A stretch of DNA of 64,000 bases, from NCBI GenBank assembly GCA_965116475.1, contig OZ220691.1, positions 2,976,001 through 3,040,000 of the forward strand, written 5' to 3'. This DNA comes from Gemmatimonadota bacterium. GTDB lineage: Bacteria > Gemmatimonadota > Gemmatimonadetes > Palauibacterales > Palauibacteraceae. Each line of letters begins with the position of its first letter. Position 1 is the stretch's first letter. The position numbers and the translations under genes were made by a program. The notes under the pieces were generated by a model that saw nothing but the letters and a program-made list of their open reading frames with translations, did no database searches and had not been told where the DNA came from. Positions 1-9,469 of the stretch are shown in pieces.

Positions 1-2
1 GG

Positions 3-200
3 ACGCCCGGGACCTTCGGCGACTGCCTTCAGGTGTATCTCGACAACGTCAACGTGAACAATCTTGCGCGTTCGCTCAACTCAATCGTGCTCCCGAGCGA
101 GGTGGCCGGCGTCGAGGTGTACCGCGCGCCCGCCGCGTTACCGACCGGGCTGATGCGGTTCCAGTCGAGGTGCAACCTCGTCCTGATCTGGACGCGGTAG
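3..200 (+). CDS. 3' end of a gene, TonB-receptor plug-like C-terminal domain (partial)
   Basis: Frame reads ...CLQVYLDNV...LPSEVAGVEVYRAPAALP...CNLVLIWTR*, which resembles a plug-domain signature; truncated by the window edge. Confidence 0.55.
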   Translation, partial: TPGTFGDCLQVYLDNVNVNNLARSLNSIVLPSEVAGVEVYRAPAALPTGLMRFQSRCNLVLIWTR

Positions 201-221
201 CCGGCCGGGCGGAACTGCTGG

Positions 222-1712
222 CTAGCGGTCGATGAACTCGGCGACGTGTGCGGGGGCGAGGCGCGCAGTGTGGCGGGAGACCGCAATCATGACGATCACG
301 TTCCCGACCATCCCGTAGATTCCCGGGTGGACGCCGGCGGTCGCGGCGGCTGAGACCAGGTCCAGCCGCAGCGCCAGATCGAGGAAGAACGCGATCGCGC
401 CGCCCGTCACGAGACCCCACAGCGCCCCCGCGCGCGTCACTCCGCGCCACAGGAAGGTCACGACCGTCAGCGGGAAGAGTTGCGCGATGAAGCCGTAGCT
501 GAGGAGCAGCAGCTCCACGAGGCTGAGTCCGGGGATCAGCGCGAGCCCGTAGCTGGCGGCGCCCACGAGGATCACCATGAGGCGAATCCAGCGCCGTTGC
601 GCTGCGTCGTCCAGCGCGCCCGGGCGCAGGTTGCCCCAGAAGTCGCGCACGGCCACGGACCCCGCCGCGTGCAGGAGCGCGTCCCCCGTCGACATCGAGG
701 CGGCGAGCGCCCCCGCGCAGAAGAGTCCCACGATGAGCGGCGGCAGCCCGATCTGGGCCGACGTCACGATGGTGGGCAGGATGGCGTCCGCCGGCTCGAC
801 GCCGGGGAAGGCGAGCACGCCCGAGAAACCGATGAAGAGGATCGGGACGAGGAAGAGCGCGAAGGTCGGATAGTAGACGACCGTCCGCTTGAGCGTGTCC
901 ACGTCGCGAGCCGTGTAAATCTTCATGAAATAGTGCGGCCACACGCTGAACCCGAAGGCGGAGATGGCGACCGAACTCGAATACGCGCCCCAGCTCCACG
1001 GCTGTCCGTCCGCGCCGAGTCCCGGCCCCCGCAGCATGTCCGGGAGCCCGGCGGCGATCGCGTCGAACATCGGACCCACGCCGCCGTGCAGCTTCGCCGG
1101 CAGGTAGAGGCCGAGCCCCCACGCGAGCACCATCATGAACATCCCCTGGAAGGTGTTCGTCCAGCCCACCCCCAGGACGCCGCTCCTGAAGACGTACACG
1201 AGCACGACCCCGTACGCGATCGCGGACCCGGCCCACTGCGGTACGCGCCCCTCCGTCACCACGTTGAAGACGTATCCCGCCCCCTTCATCTGAATCACCA
1301 GGTAGGGGACGAAGGCGAAGACGGAGAGGACCGCGAGGATGGCCGGGATCGCGCGGCTGTCGAACCGGTGCGCGAAGAGTTCCGCCTGCGTGACGTAGCC
1401 GAAGCGCCGGCCGAGCGCGGCGACGCGCGGACCGAAGAAGTACCAGGGGACGAGTCCGACGGACGCGTAGGCGAGGATGTAGAAGGCCGCCGCCCCGCGC
1501 GAATAGGCCCAGCCGGGCCCGCCAAGGAAGGCGAACGCGCTGAACACCGAGGCCCCCATGATGAAGTAGAGGACGAGGAAGTTCAGCGAGCGGTCGCCGG
1601 CGACGTAGCCCTCCGTGCTGTCGGAGGCGTGGCGGCCGGAGGCGAGCCCGATCGCGAGCGAGGCGAGCAGGTATCCGATCGTGACGAGGAAGACGATCAG
1701 CCAGGCCGGCAT
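222..1712 (-). CDS. Sodium:solute symporter family permease
   Basis: Many TM helices, GYVAGDRSL...ASVFSAFAFLGGPG and ALAASMSTGD motifs; start revised to the ATG at 1712 that overlaps the upstream stop (TGATG). Confidence 0.9.
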   Translation of the reverse strand: MPAWLIVFLVTIGYLLASLAIGLASGRHASDSTEGYVAGDRSLNFLVLYFIMGASVFSAFAFLGGPGWAYSRGAAAFYILAYASVGLVPWYFFGPRVAALGRRFGYVTQAELFAHRFDSRAIPAILAVLSVFAFVPYLVIQMKGAGYVFNVVTEGRVPQWAGSAIAYGVVLVYVFRSGVLGVGWTNTFQGMFMMVLAWGLGLYLPAKLHGGVGPMFDAIAAGLPDMLRGPGLGADGQPWSWGAYSSSVAISAFGFSVWPHYFMKIYTARDVDTLKRTVVYYPTFALFLVPILFIGFSGVLAFPGVEPADAILPTIVTSAQIGLPPLIVGLFCAGALAASMSTGDALLHAAGSVAVRDFWGNLRPGALDDAAQRRWIRLMVILVGAASYGLALIPGLSLVELLLLSYGFIAQLFPLTVVTFLWRGVTRAGALWGLVTGGAIAFFLDLALRLDLVSAAATAGVHPGIYGMVGNVIVMIAVSRHTARLAPAHVAEFIDR

Positions 1713-1978
1713 CAGCCGCCCGCACCGTTCGGGTCGCCGTCGACCGTCTCCCGCTTCCGTTCCCACCGGTAGTACCCGAAGAGAACGAAGAACGAGAAGA
1801 GGAGCCCGACGACGACGTAGAAGAGCGAGAACGGCATCGCGAGCACGCGGGGTTCGATGGTGGCGAACCGCGGATAGATGGGCCACACGAGCGCCGCAAA
1901 CAGCAGCACGTAGAAGACCGCGATCGCGATGGCGACGGGGTGGCGGTCGGGAGGCGTGGCGCGGCGTGGCTCGTCCAT
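1712..1978 (-). CDS. Small 2-TM symporter accessory protein (DUF3311-like)
   Basis: 88 aa with two hydrophobic helices and EPRVLAMPFSLFY; translationally coupled to the SSS gene. Confidence 0.75.
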   Translation of the reverse strand: MDEPRRATPPDRHPVAIAIAVFYVLLFAALVWPIYPRFATIEPRVLAMPFSLFYVVVGLLFSFFVLFGYYRWERKRETVDGDPNGAGG

Positions 1979-2060
1979 CGCCGCAAAAGGCCGGCTGTGT
2001 CGGACCCGGTCAAGGCTGAGGAACGGTTGAACGGCGGGGTCGATCGAGCGATCTTGCCGC

Positions 2061-3080
2061 ATGTTCGGCCTGAAACGAAGCCGCATGCGCTCGGCCGCCG
2101 CCTCCGGCCTGCTCGTCGCCTGCCACGCTCCGGCGTTTTCGGCGTGCGGCCCGGAAGGGGCTTCATCCGGCGCCGCCGAAGCCCCCGGCGACGGCGAGAC
2201 GTCCGTCGCGGATGCCGCGGCTGGAGGCGCCGATCTCTCCACCGGGACGCACGTTGTCCTGCTGGGGACGGGGACGCCCAATCCCGAACCGGAGGCATCG
2301 GGCGCCGCCACCGCGATCCTGGTGGACGGTCGCGCCTACATCGTGGACGCGGGCGTGGGCCTCGTGCGACGCGCCGCGGAGGCGGCCGATCGCTACGGCG
2401 CCGAGAGCCTCGGGGCGGCGCGGCTGGACATCGCCTTCCTCACCCATCTGCACAGCGACCACACGATCGGGCTGCCGGACCTGATCCACACGCCCTGGGT
2501 GGCCGAGCGGGAGGCGCCGCTGAAGCTGTTCGGCCCCGACGGGACGGTGGCGATGGCCGAGCACCTGACGGCCGCATGGGAGGCGGATATCGAGAACCGG
2601 CTCAGCGGTTCGCAGCCGGCGACGCCGGACGGGTGGCGCGTGGAGGCGGTCGACATCGACCCGGGAGTCATCTACGAAGACGACCGCGTCCGCGTGACCG
2701 CCTTCGCCGTCCCGCACACCGGCTGGTCGGAGGCGTACGGCTACCGGTTCGACGCTGCGGGGCGCTCGGTGGTCCTCTCCGGCGACACCGCGCCGACCGA
2801 GGCGATCGTCGAGATGTGCGGGGGGTGCGACGTGCTCGTGCACGAGGTGTACTCGGCGACGACGTTCCGCGACCGTCCGCCCGAATGGCAGTCGTATCAC
2901 GCCCAGGCCCACACGTCGACCGTCGAACTGGCGCGGCTTGCCGTGCGGGCACGCCCGGGGATCCTCGTCCTGCATCACCAGTTGGGCTGGGGAGCGACCC
3001 CTGAGGAGATGGTCGCGGAGATTCGCGCCGCCGGCTACGACGGACCGCTCGCATACGGCCGCGACCTGGACGTGTACTGA
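2061..3080 (+). CDS. Exported MBL-fold metallo-hydrolase (RNase Z/arylsulfatase-like)
   Basis: LLGTGTP, THLHSDH, SGDT and DVLVHE motifs; N-terminal signal-like segment; start uncertain. Confidence 0.85.
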   Translation: MFGLKRSRMRSAAASGLLVACHAPAFSACGPEGASSGAAEAPGDGETSVADAAAGGADLSTGTHVVLLGTGTPNPEPEASGAATAILVDGRAYIVDAGVGLVRRAAEAADRYGAESLGAARLDIAFLTHLHSDHTIGLPDLIHTPWVAEREAPLKLFGPDGTVAMAEHLTAAWEADIENRLSGSQPATPDGWRVEAVDIDPGVIYEDDRVRVTAFAVPHTGWSEAYGYRFDAAGRSVVLSGDTAPTEAIVEMCGGCDVLVHEVYSATTFRDRPPEWQSYHAQAHTSTVELARLAVRARPGILVLHHQLGWGATPEEMVAEIRAAGYDGPLAYGRDLDVY

Positions 3081-3086
3081 ACCGGG

Positions 3087-4820
3087 ATGTATGCGGGTCG
3101 CACGATCCGGACCCACGCCTCCCGCGCGGCGCTTGCCTCGGCGCTCGCGATCATCGCGCTCCCGGCGCAGCCGGTCGCCGCGGACCCGGCCCAATCCCGC
3201 GAGCCTCCCGCATCTCCTGACGCCGCCTCGGCGATGAAGATGGCGCGCGACGCTCAGCGCGCATTCGAGCACGTCCGGCGCCGCAACTTCCCGCGCGGTC
3301 CCCTGGTCAATCCGACATGTGGCGAGGGGATCGGGCGCTTCTGCCTCGTCGAAGGGTGGGACGACGACGATTGGGATCCGGTCCCCGAGGAGCCGGAGGT
3401 CGTTGAGGAGCGGCTCGCCTTGATCGCGGTCCTCGACAGCGCGGCCCGGGTCATTCCCGGCGACGAGTGGCTCACGGGGCAGCGCGTCGCCTACCGGCTG
3501 GAGGCCGGCCGCGCCGGCGAAGCGCTCGCGCTGCTGGAAGCCTGCCGCGCGGCGAGTGCGTGGTGTGCCGGGCTGGCCGGCTTCGTCCTTCAGGAGAGTG
3601 GTCGCTACGGAGAGGCGGAGGCGGCCTTCGAGCGCGCGCTCGACCGCATGACCGACGAAGAGCGCTGCGGCTGGACCGAACTTGGGCCCGTACTCGACCG
3701 CCGGACGCGCGGCCGCTACGAGCGCTTCGTCTGCGGAAGCTCGCCGCGGCGTGCCGTGGAGCGCTCGTTCTGGCACCTTTCCGACCCGCTCTGGCTCGTG
3801 CCCGGCATGGAGCGGCGCTCCGAGCACCTCGCCCGCCGCGTCCGCGCCGCGCTCCAGGCCGACGCCGCGAGCCCGTGGGGGATGCGGTGGGGCGACGATC
3901 TCACCGAGATCACGCTGCGCTTCGGCTGGCCCGCCGGCTGGGAGCGGGCGCGCCGCCGGTTCGTCGGCTCGCGTACGGATGAGATTGTGTGGTCGCACCG
4001 CCTGCCGGGGGCGCAGCGGTTCACCGTGTTGCAGTTCGGGTCTGCGGACGACGGGCCGCTCTGGGACCTGGATGAGCCGGAGGGCCGCACGAGCTGGGCG
4101 CCGGCCTTCGGCAAAATCGCGCAACTTCCTCACCAGGTGGCCGGCTTCCGGCGGGACGGCCGTCGGCGGATGGTCGCGGCGTTCACGTGGCCCGACTCCC
4201 TGCCGTCGTGCGATCTCAAGAGCGGACTTTTCCTCGCCGACGCCCACGGCGTGACGGCCTCGCACACCGCGCGGGGCGGCGGGCCGCTGGCGGTCGCGGA
4301 GCCCCGGGGACTCGCCCCCGCGACGCTCGTCGGCGTCGAAGCGCGCTGCGAAGAGGGACCCGGGGCCGCCCGCGCGCGGATGCCCATCGCCACGGGCCAT
4401 CCGCGGCTGTCCGATATCCTCTTGCTGGACGCCGGCGGCGCCTCGCCCCCCACGCTGTCGGAGGCGCTGGTCCGCGCGCGGGGCGACCGCACCGCCCGGG
4501 CGGGCGAGACCCTGGCCGTCTACTGGGAGTGGTACGGCTCCCCGGATGCCGCCGGCGCCCTCCAGGTCACCCTGTCGCTGGCGCGGGAGGGGAAGGGGTT
4601 CTGGCGCCGTGCGCTCGAATGGAGCGGCCTCGCCAGCGACGACACCGAACGGGCCGGCATCCGCTGGCTCGAGGGGACGGCGAATCCCGCGGCCGAGGGC
4701 CGCACCGTCGAACTGCGCCTCCCCATGCTCGACGAGGGGCGGTATCGCCTCACGCTCAAGGTCGTTTCCGCGACGGACGGAGCGGCCGAGTCCAGCACCG
4801 ACATCGAAATCAAGGAGTAG
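3087..4820 (+). CDS. Secreted TPR-like / GWxTD-like protein
   Basis: Signal peptide, helical TPR-like segment, FWHLSDPLWL...EHLARR...LRFGWP segment, beta-rich C-terminus; follows the upstream gene by 6 nt. Confidence 0.6.
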   Translation: MYAGRTIRTHASRAALASALAIIALPAQPVAADPAQSREPPASPDAASAMKMARDAQRAFEHVRRRNFPRGPLVNPTCGEGIGRFCLVEGWDDDDWDPVPEEPEVVEERLALIAVLDSAARVIPGDEWLTGQRVAYRLEAGRAGEALALLEACRAASAWCAGLAGFVLQESGRYGEAEAAFERALDRMTDEERCGWTELGPVLDRRTRGRYERFVCGSSPRRAVERSFWHLSDPLWLVPGMERRSEHLARRVRAALQADAASPWGMRWGDDLTEITLRFGWPAGWERARRRFVGSRTDEIVWSHRLPGAQRFTVLQFGSADDGPLWDLDEPEGRTSWAPAFGKIAQLPHQVAGFRRDGRRRMVAAFTWPDSLPSCDLKSGLFLADAHGVTASHTARGGGPLAVAEPRGLAPATLVGVEARCEEGPGAARARMPIATGHPRLSDILLLDAGGASPPTLSEALVRARGDRTARAGETLAVYWEWYGSPDAAGALQVTLSLAREGKGFWRRALEWSGLASDDTERAGIRWLEGTANPAAEGRTVELRLPMLDEGRYRLTLKVVSATDGAAESSTDIEIKE

Positions 4821-4827
4821 ACCCGTG

Positions 4828-5280
4828 ATGCATGCCAGGATCTTCCCGTCCGCCCCCCGCGGCTCCGTTCCCGCCGTCGTCGCCGTCATCGCCGTTCTCG
4901 CCGTCACCGTGACGGTCTCGGGGTGTGGCGAGGCCGGTGAACCGGCGGAACCGGTTGCCGAAGCTGCCACCACCGGGCGCACGCCTCAGTTCGAGAACGA
5001 GTACGTGCAGGTATGGAAGAGCGTGATCGCCCCGAACCAGCCGCTCGAGATGCACCGCCATGACAACCCCCGCGCCATCATCGCGCTCAAGGGCGGGACG
5101 CTCACCGTCGTCAGCGACGCCGGTGAACAGCGGGACATGACGTGGGAGACCGGCCGGGCCTACTGGCTCGACGCCGATCCTCCGGGAGAACTCCACGGAG
5201 ATGTGAACCAGGGGTCCGAGCCCGTCGAGGTCATCGTCGTGCAGTTGAAGGGGGTCGGCGGCGCCGCGGACACGCCGTGA
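4828..5280 (+). CDS. Cupin-domain lipoprotein
   Basis: Lipobox VSGC; FENEYVQVW..IAP..MHRH..LHGDVN..VIVVQLK cupin pattern; start revised to ATG 4828. Confidence 0.75.
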   Translation: MHARIFPSAPRGSVPAVVAVIAVLAVTVTVSGCGEAGEPAEPVAEAATTGRTPQFENEYVQVWKSVIAPNQPLEMHRHDNPRAIIALKGGTLTVVSDAGEQRDMTWETGRAYWLDADPPGELHGDVNQGSEPVEVIVVQLKGVGGAADTP

Positions 5281-5356
5281 CGGACCTGCCCCCAACGTGC
5301 ATATTCCGCCCCCGCGCGACGACCGCATCGACTCGCAGCCGACACCGGAGGCCCCC

Positions 5357-6181
5357 ATGAACCACCGCCCCCAACTCCCGCGACGCCTCGGCCCCGTTCT
5401 GGCCCTTGCCCTCGCCGCAGCCGCGGGCTGCGCGCCCGACGGTTCATCTCCCGCGGCCTCGACCGCGGCGCTCGAGCCCGATCAGGTTCTCGCCGATTCG
5501 CTCCTTGGCGCCTGGGTCGAGGCCGCGGGCGGGATGGAAGCCTGGCATGACATCGAGTCGGCGCGCTACACGATCACCACCGTGTGGTACGACTCCACGG
5601 GCGGAATCCGCCGCATGCGCCCCCGTCGCGTGGAATACCGGAAGGTGGACGGCGTCGAGCAGACCCGGATCGAGCGCCCCGAAGCCGAGGGCCTCTACGT
5701 CCAGACCTTCACGGGCTCCGACATGTGGGCCACGCTCAACGAGCGGCTGCTGGAGCCGGGAATCCGGGCCTGGGACGAGTCCGAGTATGTGGGCCGGGAT
5801 GTGGTCTACTGGTTCGGGCTCCCGTACAAGCTCTACGACCCCGGCGTGAACCGGGGGGCCGGACCCCGGGACGAGGGAGGATACGAGGTGCGCATCACCT
5901 TCGGCGATGGCGTGGGACTCCAGTCCGGCGACCGCTACTTCTACTACTTCCTGGACGACGATCCCTGGCCCGAGCAGGTCCATTACATCTCGCAGGGGAG
6001 AGGAGAGGAGAGCCGGGCCCGCATGTACTGGGATGGGTACCGCACGGTAGGAGACTTCACGTACGTCGTCTCGCGGCTCTACCGGGACACGGAGATGAAC
6101 CCGACCCGCGAACTCCGCCATGATGACGTCGAACTGAACCCGGTGCTGTCGGATTCCATCTTCCGCCGGCCGGGTTCGTGA
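5357..6181 (+). CDS. Hypothetical lipoprotein
   Basis: GGAGG RBS before ATG 5357; lipobox AAAGC; AGGMEAW and YWFGLPYKLYDPG segments; beta-rich. Confidence 0.7.
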   Translation: MNHRPQLPRRLGPVLALALAAAAGCAPDGSSPAASTAALEPDQVLADSLLGAWVEAAGGMEAWHDIESARYTITTVWYDSTGGIRRMRPRRVEYRKVDGVEQTRIERPEAEGLYVQTFTGSDMWATLNERLLEPGIRAWDESEYVGRDVVYWFGLPYKLYDPGVNRGAGPRDEGGYEVRITFGDGVGLQSGDRYFYYFLDDDPWPEQVHYISQGRGEESRARMYWDGYRTVGDFTYVVSRLYRDTEMNPTRELRHDDVELNPVLSDSIFRRPGS

Positions 6182-6846
6182 CATCCGCTCCCGTGGATCC
6201 GAGCCGGGCGGTCGAAGATTACCTGAAGGCCGTCTACAAGCTCCAGCAGGCCGGCGACCCTGTCTCCACGACGGCGCTGGCCGGGGAACTCGACCGCTCC
6301 GCGGCGTCCGTCACGAACATGGTCAAGAGCCTGGCGGCGCAGGGGCTCCTCCGGCATACCCCCTACCGGGGCGTGCTCCTCACGGCCGCCGGAGAGGCGG
6401 CGGCGCTACGGATCATCCGCAGGCATCGGGTGATCGAACTGTATCTGATCGAGAGGCTGGGCTTCTCCTGGGAGGATGTGCACGCAGAGGCCGAGCGGCT
6501 CGAGCACGCCGCCTCGGAAGCGCTCATCGACCGGATGGCGCAGGCGCTGGGGGAGCCGTCGATCGACCCCCATGGCAGCCCGATTCCGACGCGGGACGGC
6601 GAACTCGCGCAGACCGAGTGGATCCCCCTCGCGGAGTTGAAGGGAGGGCGCGGCGTCGTCCGCGAGGTCTCCGACCGGAGTCCGCGGACGCTGCGGGAAC
6701 TCGCCGCGCTGGGGCTCTTCCCGGGCACGCGCATACGGTGCCTGGGCGAGCGGGCGGGGGGCGCCGCCCGCCTCGAAGTGGACGACCGCTCTTTCGATGT
6801 CGAACCCGTCCTCGCGCGCGCCGTCTTCGTCGAACGCGAGCCCTAG
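6178..6846 (+). CDS. mntR: DtxR/MntR family metal-dependent regulator with FeoA-like C-terminus
   Basis: EDYLKAVY, RRHRVIELYL, EAERLEH and DPHGSPIP motifs. Confidence 0.9.
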   Translation: MTSAPVDPSRAVEDYLKAVYKLQQAGDPVSTTALAGELDRSAASVTNMVKSLAAQGLLRHTPYRGVLLTAAGEAAALRIIRRHRVIELYLIERLGFSWEDVHAEAERLEHAASEALIDRMAQALGEPSIDPHGSPIPTRDGELAQTEWIPLAELKGGRGVVREVSDRSPRTLRELAALGLFPGTRIRCLGERAGGAARLEVDDRSFDVEPVLARAVFVEREP

Positions 6847-6864
6847 GTCGAACGCGAGCCCTGG
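6829..6864. repeat. 18-bp tandem duplication at a convergent gene junction
   Basis: GTCGAACGCGAGCCCTAG followed directly by GTCGAACGCGAGCCCTGG. Confidence 0.85.
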
Positions 6865-7637
6865 CCCGCTCTTCCCAGCGGCTGGGGGTCCAGCAGGGCG
6901 GGGAGGACCGTGCCGGCCTCGCCGCGCAGTGCCGCCGCCGCGACCTCCGTGAGCGCGGTCCGCCGCACATTGATCTCCATGATGAGCCCGCCGGCTTCGC
7001 GCGTCGCGAGGGGAAGCGCGGCGGCGGGGTAGACGACGGCGCTCGTCCCGACGACGAGACACAGGTCTGCCCGCTCCGCCAGCCGGCGCGCGCGGTCCAG
7101 CAGTTCCGGGTCGAGCGTCTCCCCGAAGAGGACGACATCGGGTCGCCGCAGCCCCCCGCAGCCGGAACAGCGGGGGAGCGTCTCGCCGAGCGGCTCGGCG
7201 GGCCAGCGCGCCGCGCACGACTGGCAGCGGTCGCGCCCCACCGCGCCGTGAAGTTCGAGCGGCAGCGCCGCCTCCGCGGGATCCTCGCCCGCCTCTTCGA
7301 GCGCGGCGCGGGTGTGGAGGCCATCGACGTTCTGCGTCACGAGTCCGGCCTCCCCGCGCCGCAGGAAGAAGCGCGCCAGCGCCCGGTGCCCCTCGTTGGG
7401 CCGGCAGTCCGCGAGCGCCGAGCGCCGCCAGGCGTACCACTCGAGCACGGTCCGCGGATCGTGCTCGAGCGCTTCGGGCGTGGCGAGTTCCTCCGGGCGG
7501 TAGCTCTTCCACAGCCCGCCGGCGTCCCGGAACGTCGGCACGCCCGACTCGGCCGAAATCCCCGCTCCCGTCAGCGCGACCACGCGCCGGGCGTCCCGCA
7601 CGAGTCGGCGCGCCCGTCGCCATTGACCCTGTTCCAT
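6843..7637 (-). CDS. cobB: NAD-dependent protein deacylase (class III sirtuin)
   Basis: GAGISAESGVPTFR, YAWR (Tyr/Arg pair), TQNVDGLH, ELHG and two CxxC motifs; start revised to ATG 7637. Confidence 0.9.
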   Translation of the reverse strand: MEQGQWRRARRLVRDARRVVALTGAGISAESGVPTFRDAGGLWKSYRPEELATPEALEHDPRTVLEWYAWRRSALADCRPNEGHRALARFFLRRGEAGLVTQNVDGLHTRAALEEAGEDPAEAALPLELHGAVGRDRCQSCAARWPAEPLGETLPRCSGCGGLRRPDVVLFGETLDPELLDRARRLAERADLCLVVGTSAVVYPAAALPLATREAGGLIMEINVRRTALTEVAAAALRGEAGTVLPALLDPQPLGRAGQGSRST

Positions 7638-7746
7638 CGTCTCCCGATCTTGTGACCCCGACCTCAAACCCGGGCCCGCATGCCGCGCCCGAGCCCGCAG
7701 CGCCGCCCCGAAGGACGACGAACCGGACAACACGGACGATGAACGC

Positions 7747-7995
7747 GTGAGCATGAGAATCAAGGCCGAGGGAGACGTGTGGCGGGCGGAACTCGCCGAG
7801 GAAGCTGGAGAGCGCGTCGTCCTCTTCTTCTGCCAGAGCACCGACCAGCGCCCCTACCGGGTGGTTCGCCTGGACGCGGATCGGTCCGGCGGGAGTGAAG
7901 CCCTGGAGGAGATGTCCGAGGAGGAACTCCGGGATCTGTTCGAGGCCTCCCGTTCGATGGGGATCCCCCGCGACTATCCGACCTACAGTCGGTGA
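7747..7995 (+). CDS. Hypothetical protein (82 aa)
   Basis: Typical codon usage; GTGA overlap with the next gene. Confidence 0.65.
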   Translation: MSMRIKAEGDVWRAELAEEAGERVVLFFCQSTDQRPYRVVRLDADRSGGSEALEEMSEEELRDLFEASRSMGIPRDYPTYSR

Positions 7996-8879
7996 ACGTC
8001 CCCGTCGCCGGCCGGACGGTCCCCGGGCCCGGAACGGGTCCGTGCGTCGATTTGCACATGCACTCGACCGCCAGCGACGGGACAGTCCCCCCGGCCGACG
8101 TGGCCCGTGCCGTGGCCGACGCCGGCCTCGACGGATTCTCGCTGACGGACCATGACACGACGCAGGGCCTGGCCGAGGCGGAGACGGCGGCGCGAGCACT
8201 CGGTCTCCGCTTCCTGCCCGGGGCGGAGCTGTCCGCGAACGAACCCGGCCGGTCCGTGCACCTCCTCGCCTACGGGTTCGATGCGGCCGATCCCGACCTG
8301 CAGGCGTTCCTCGCCAGTTACCGCGAGGATCGGCTCCGGCGCGCACGCGAGATTGTCGAACGGCTGCAGGCCGCGGGCGCCCACGTGACCTGGGAGGACG
8401 TGGAACTCCAGGCGGGCGCAGCGGCCCCGACCCGAGCCCACGTCGGCCGGGCGGTCGTGGCCCGCGGCGCGGCCGCCGACATCAACGAGGCGTTCCGGCG
8501 CTACCTCTCGCGAGGACGTCCCGCGCACGTCGGCAAGGAACCTACGCCGCCGAAGGCCGTATTCGATTGCGTACACGCGGCGGGCGGCGTCGTCTGCCTC
8601 GCGCACCCGGGCAGGACGCACGGCGAGGACGATGTCCGCCGCTGGGCGAGCGAGGGTCTGGATGGCGTCGAGGTCGTCCACCCCGCGAATCCCCCGGCCG
8701 TGCAGAGCCGCATGAACGCCCTGGCCGGCGAACTCGGCCTGCTCCGCTGCGGCGGCTCGGATTGGCACGGGCCCGACGCGGGCCGAAGGGGGGTGCCCGG
8801 GTGGGCGCACGTGCCCATGCGGTGGCTGGATGAGCTGGCCCGCAGGTCGTGCCGGAAGGCGGACCGGCGGCCGGCCTGA
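7992..8879 (+). CDS. PHP-domain metal-dependent phosphoesterase (TrpH/YciV-like)
   Basis: DLHMHSTASDG, TDHDT, AHP and GGSDWHG motifs. Confidence 0.9.
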   Translation: MNVPVAGRTVPGPGTGPCVDLHMHSTASDGTVPPADVARAVADAGLDGFSLTDHDTTQGLAEAETAARALGLRFLPGAELSANEPGRSVHLLAYGFDAADPDLQAFLASYREDRLRRAREIVERLQAAGAHVTWEDVELQAGAAAPTRAHVGRAVVARGAAADINEAFRRYLSRGRPAHVGKEPTPPKAVFDCVHAAGGVVCLAHPGRTHGEDDVRRWASEGLDGVEVVHPANPPAVQSRMNALAGELGLLRCGGSDWHGPDAGRRGVPGWAHVPMRWLDELARRSCRKADRRPA

Positions 8880-8941
8880 GGCGCCGCCGCCGCGCTGCGC
8901 CGGTGAGACTCCCGCGCTGCGTTAGGGAGAAATGACGCAGC

Positions 8942-8964
8942 CGGTTATCTTGTCGGTTATCTTG
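8942..8964 (+). repeat. 11-bp direct repeat upstream of iscA
   Basis: CGGTTATCTTG-T-CGGTTATCTTG. Confidence 0.7.
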
Positions 8965-9046
8965 AGGGAGAAGAGCGGCGCCGGGAATCCGACGCGCCGG
9001 GTACCGAAGCGATGCCGGCAGATAGGCACATGCAGGCAAGGGCGGT

Positions 9047-9406
9047 ATGAGCGAAATAGCAGAGGCCACGCGGTCGGCCGAACCCATCGTCAATCTGACG
9101 CCCGAGGCGGCCGCCAAGGTCAGGGAGTTCCAGGCCGGGACGGACGCGGAAACGGTCCTGAGGGTGAGCGTGATTCCGGGCGGGTGTTCCGGTTTCGAAT
9201 ACGGGCTGGACGTGGACACGTCGGTGCGCGAGGACGATTTCACCTTCGAGTCGGAGGGGGTGCCCGTCGTCATCGATCCGTTCAGCGCGCAGTACCTGGC
9301 CGGACTCTCCATCGGATACCACAGTTCGTTTCAGGGCACGGGCTTCACGTTCGAGAATCCGAACGCGACCGGGAGTTGCGGCTGCGGGACCTCTTTCGCC
9401 GTCTAG
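9047..9406 (+). CDS. iscA: A-type Fe-S cluster carrier (IscA/ErpA/HesB family)
   Basis: GGCSGFEY and C-terminal CGCGTSF motifs. Confidence 0.9.
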   Translation: MSEIAEATRSAEPIVNLTPEAAAKVREFQAGTDAETVLRVSVIPGGCSGFEYGLDVDTSVREDDFTFESEGVPVVIDPFSAQYLAGLSIGYHSSFQGTGFTFENPNATGSCGCGTSFAV

Positions 9407-9469
9407 CGAACCGTGGCCCTGGAAGTCTCGTGCGGACGCCCGGGTCCGGGTCCGCGGGTGCGGGGCACG

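Noticed and set aside
76..4982. Long Arg/Pro/Ala-rich ORFs (76..2298, 2163..4982 and many similar ones across the window)
   Set aside because: Alternative-frame or antisense artefacts that overlap well-supported genes
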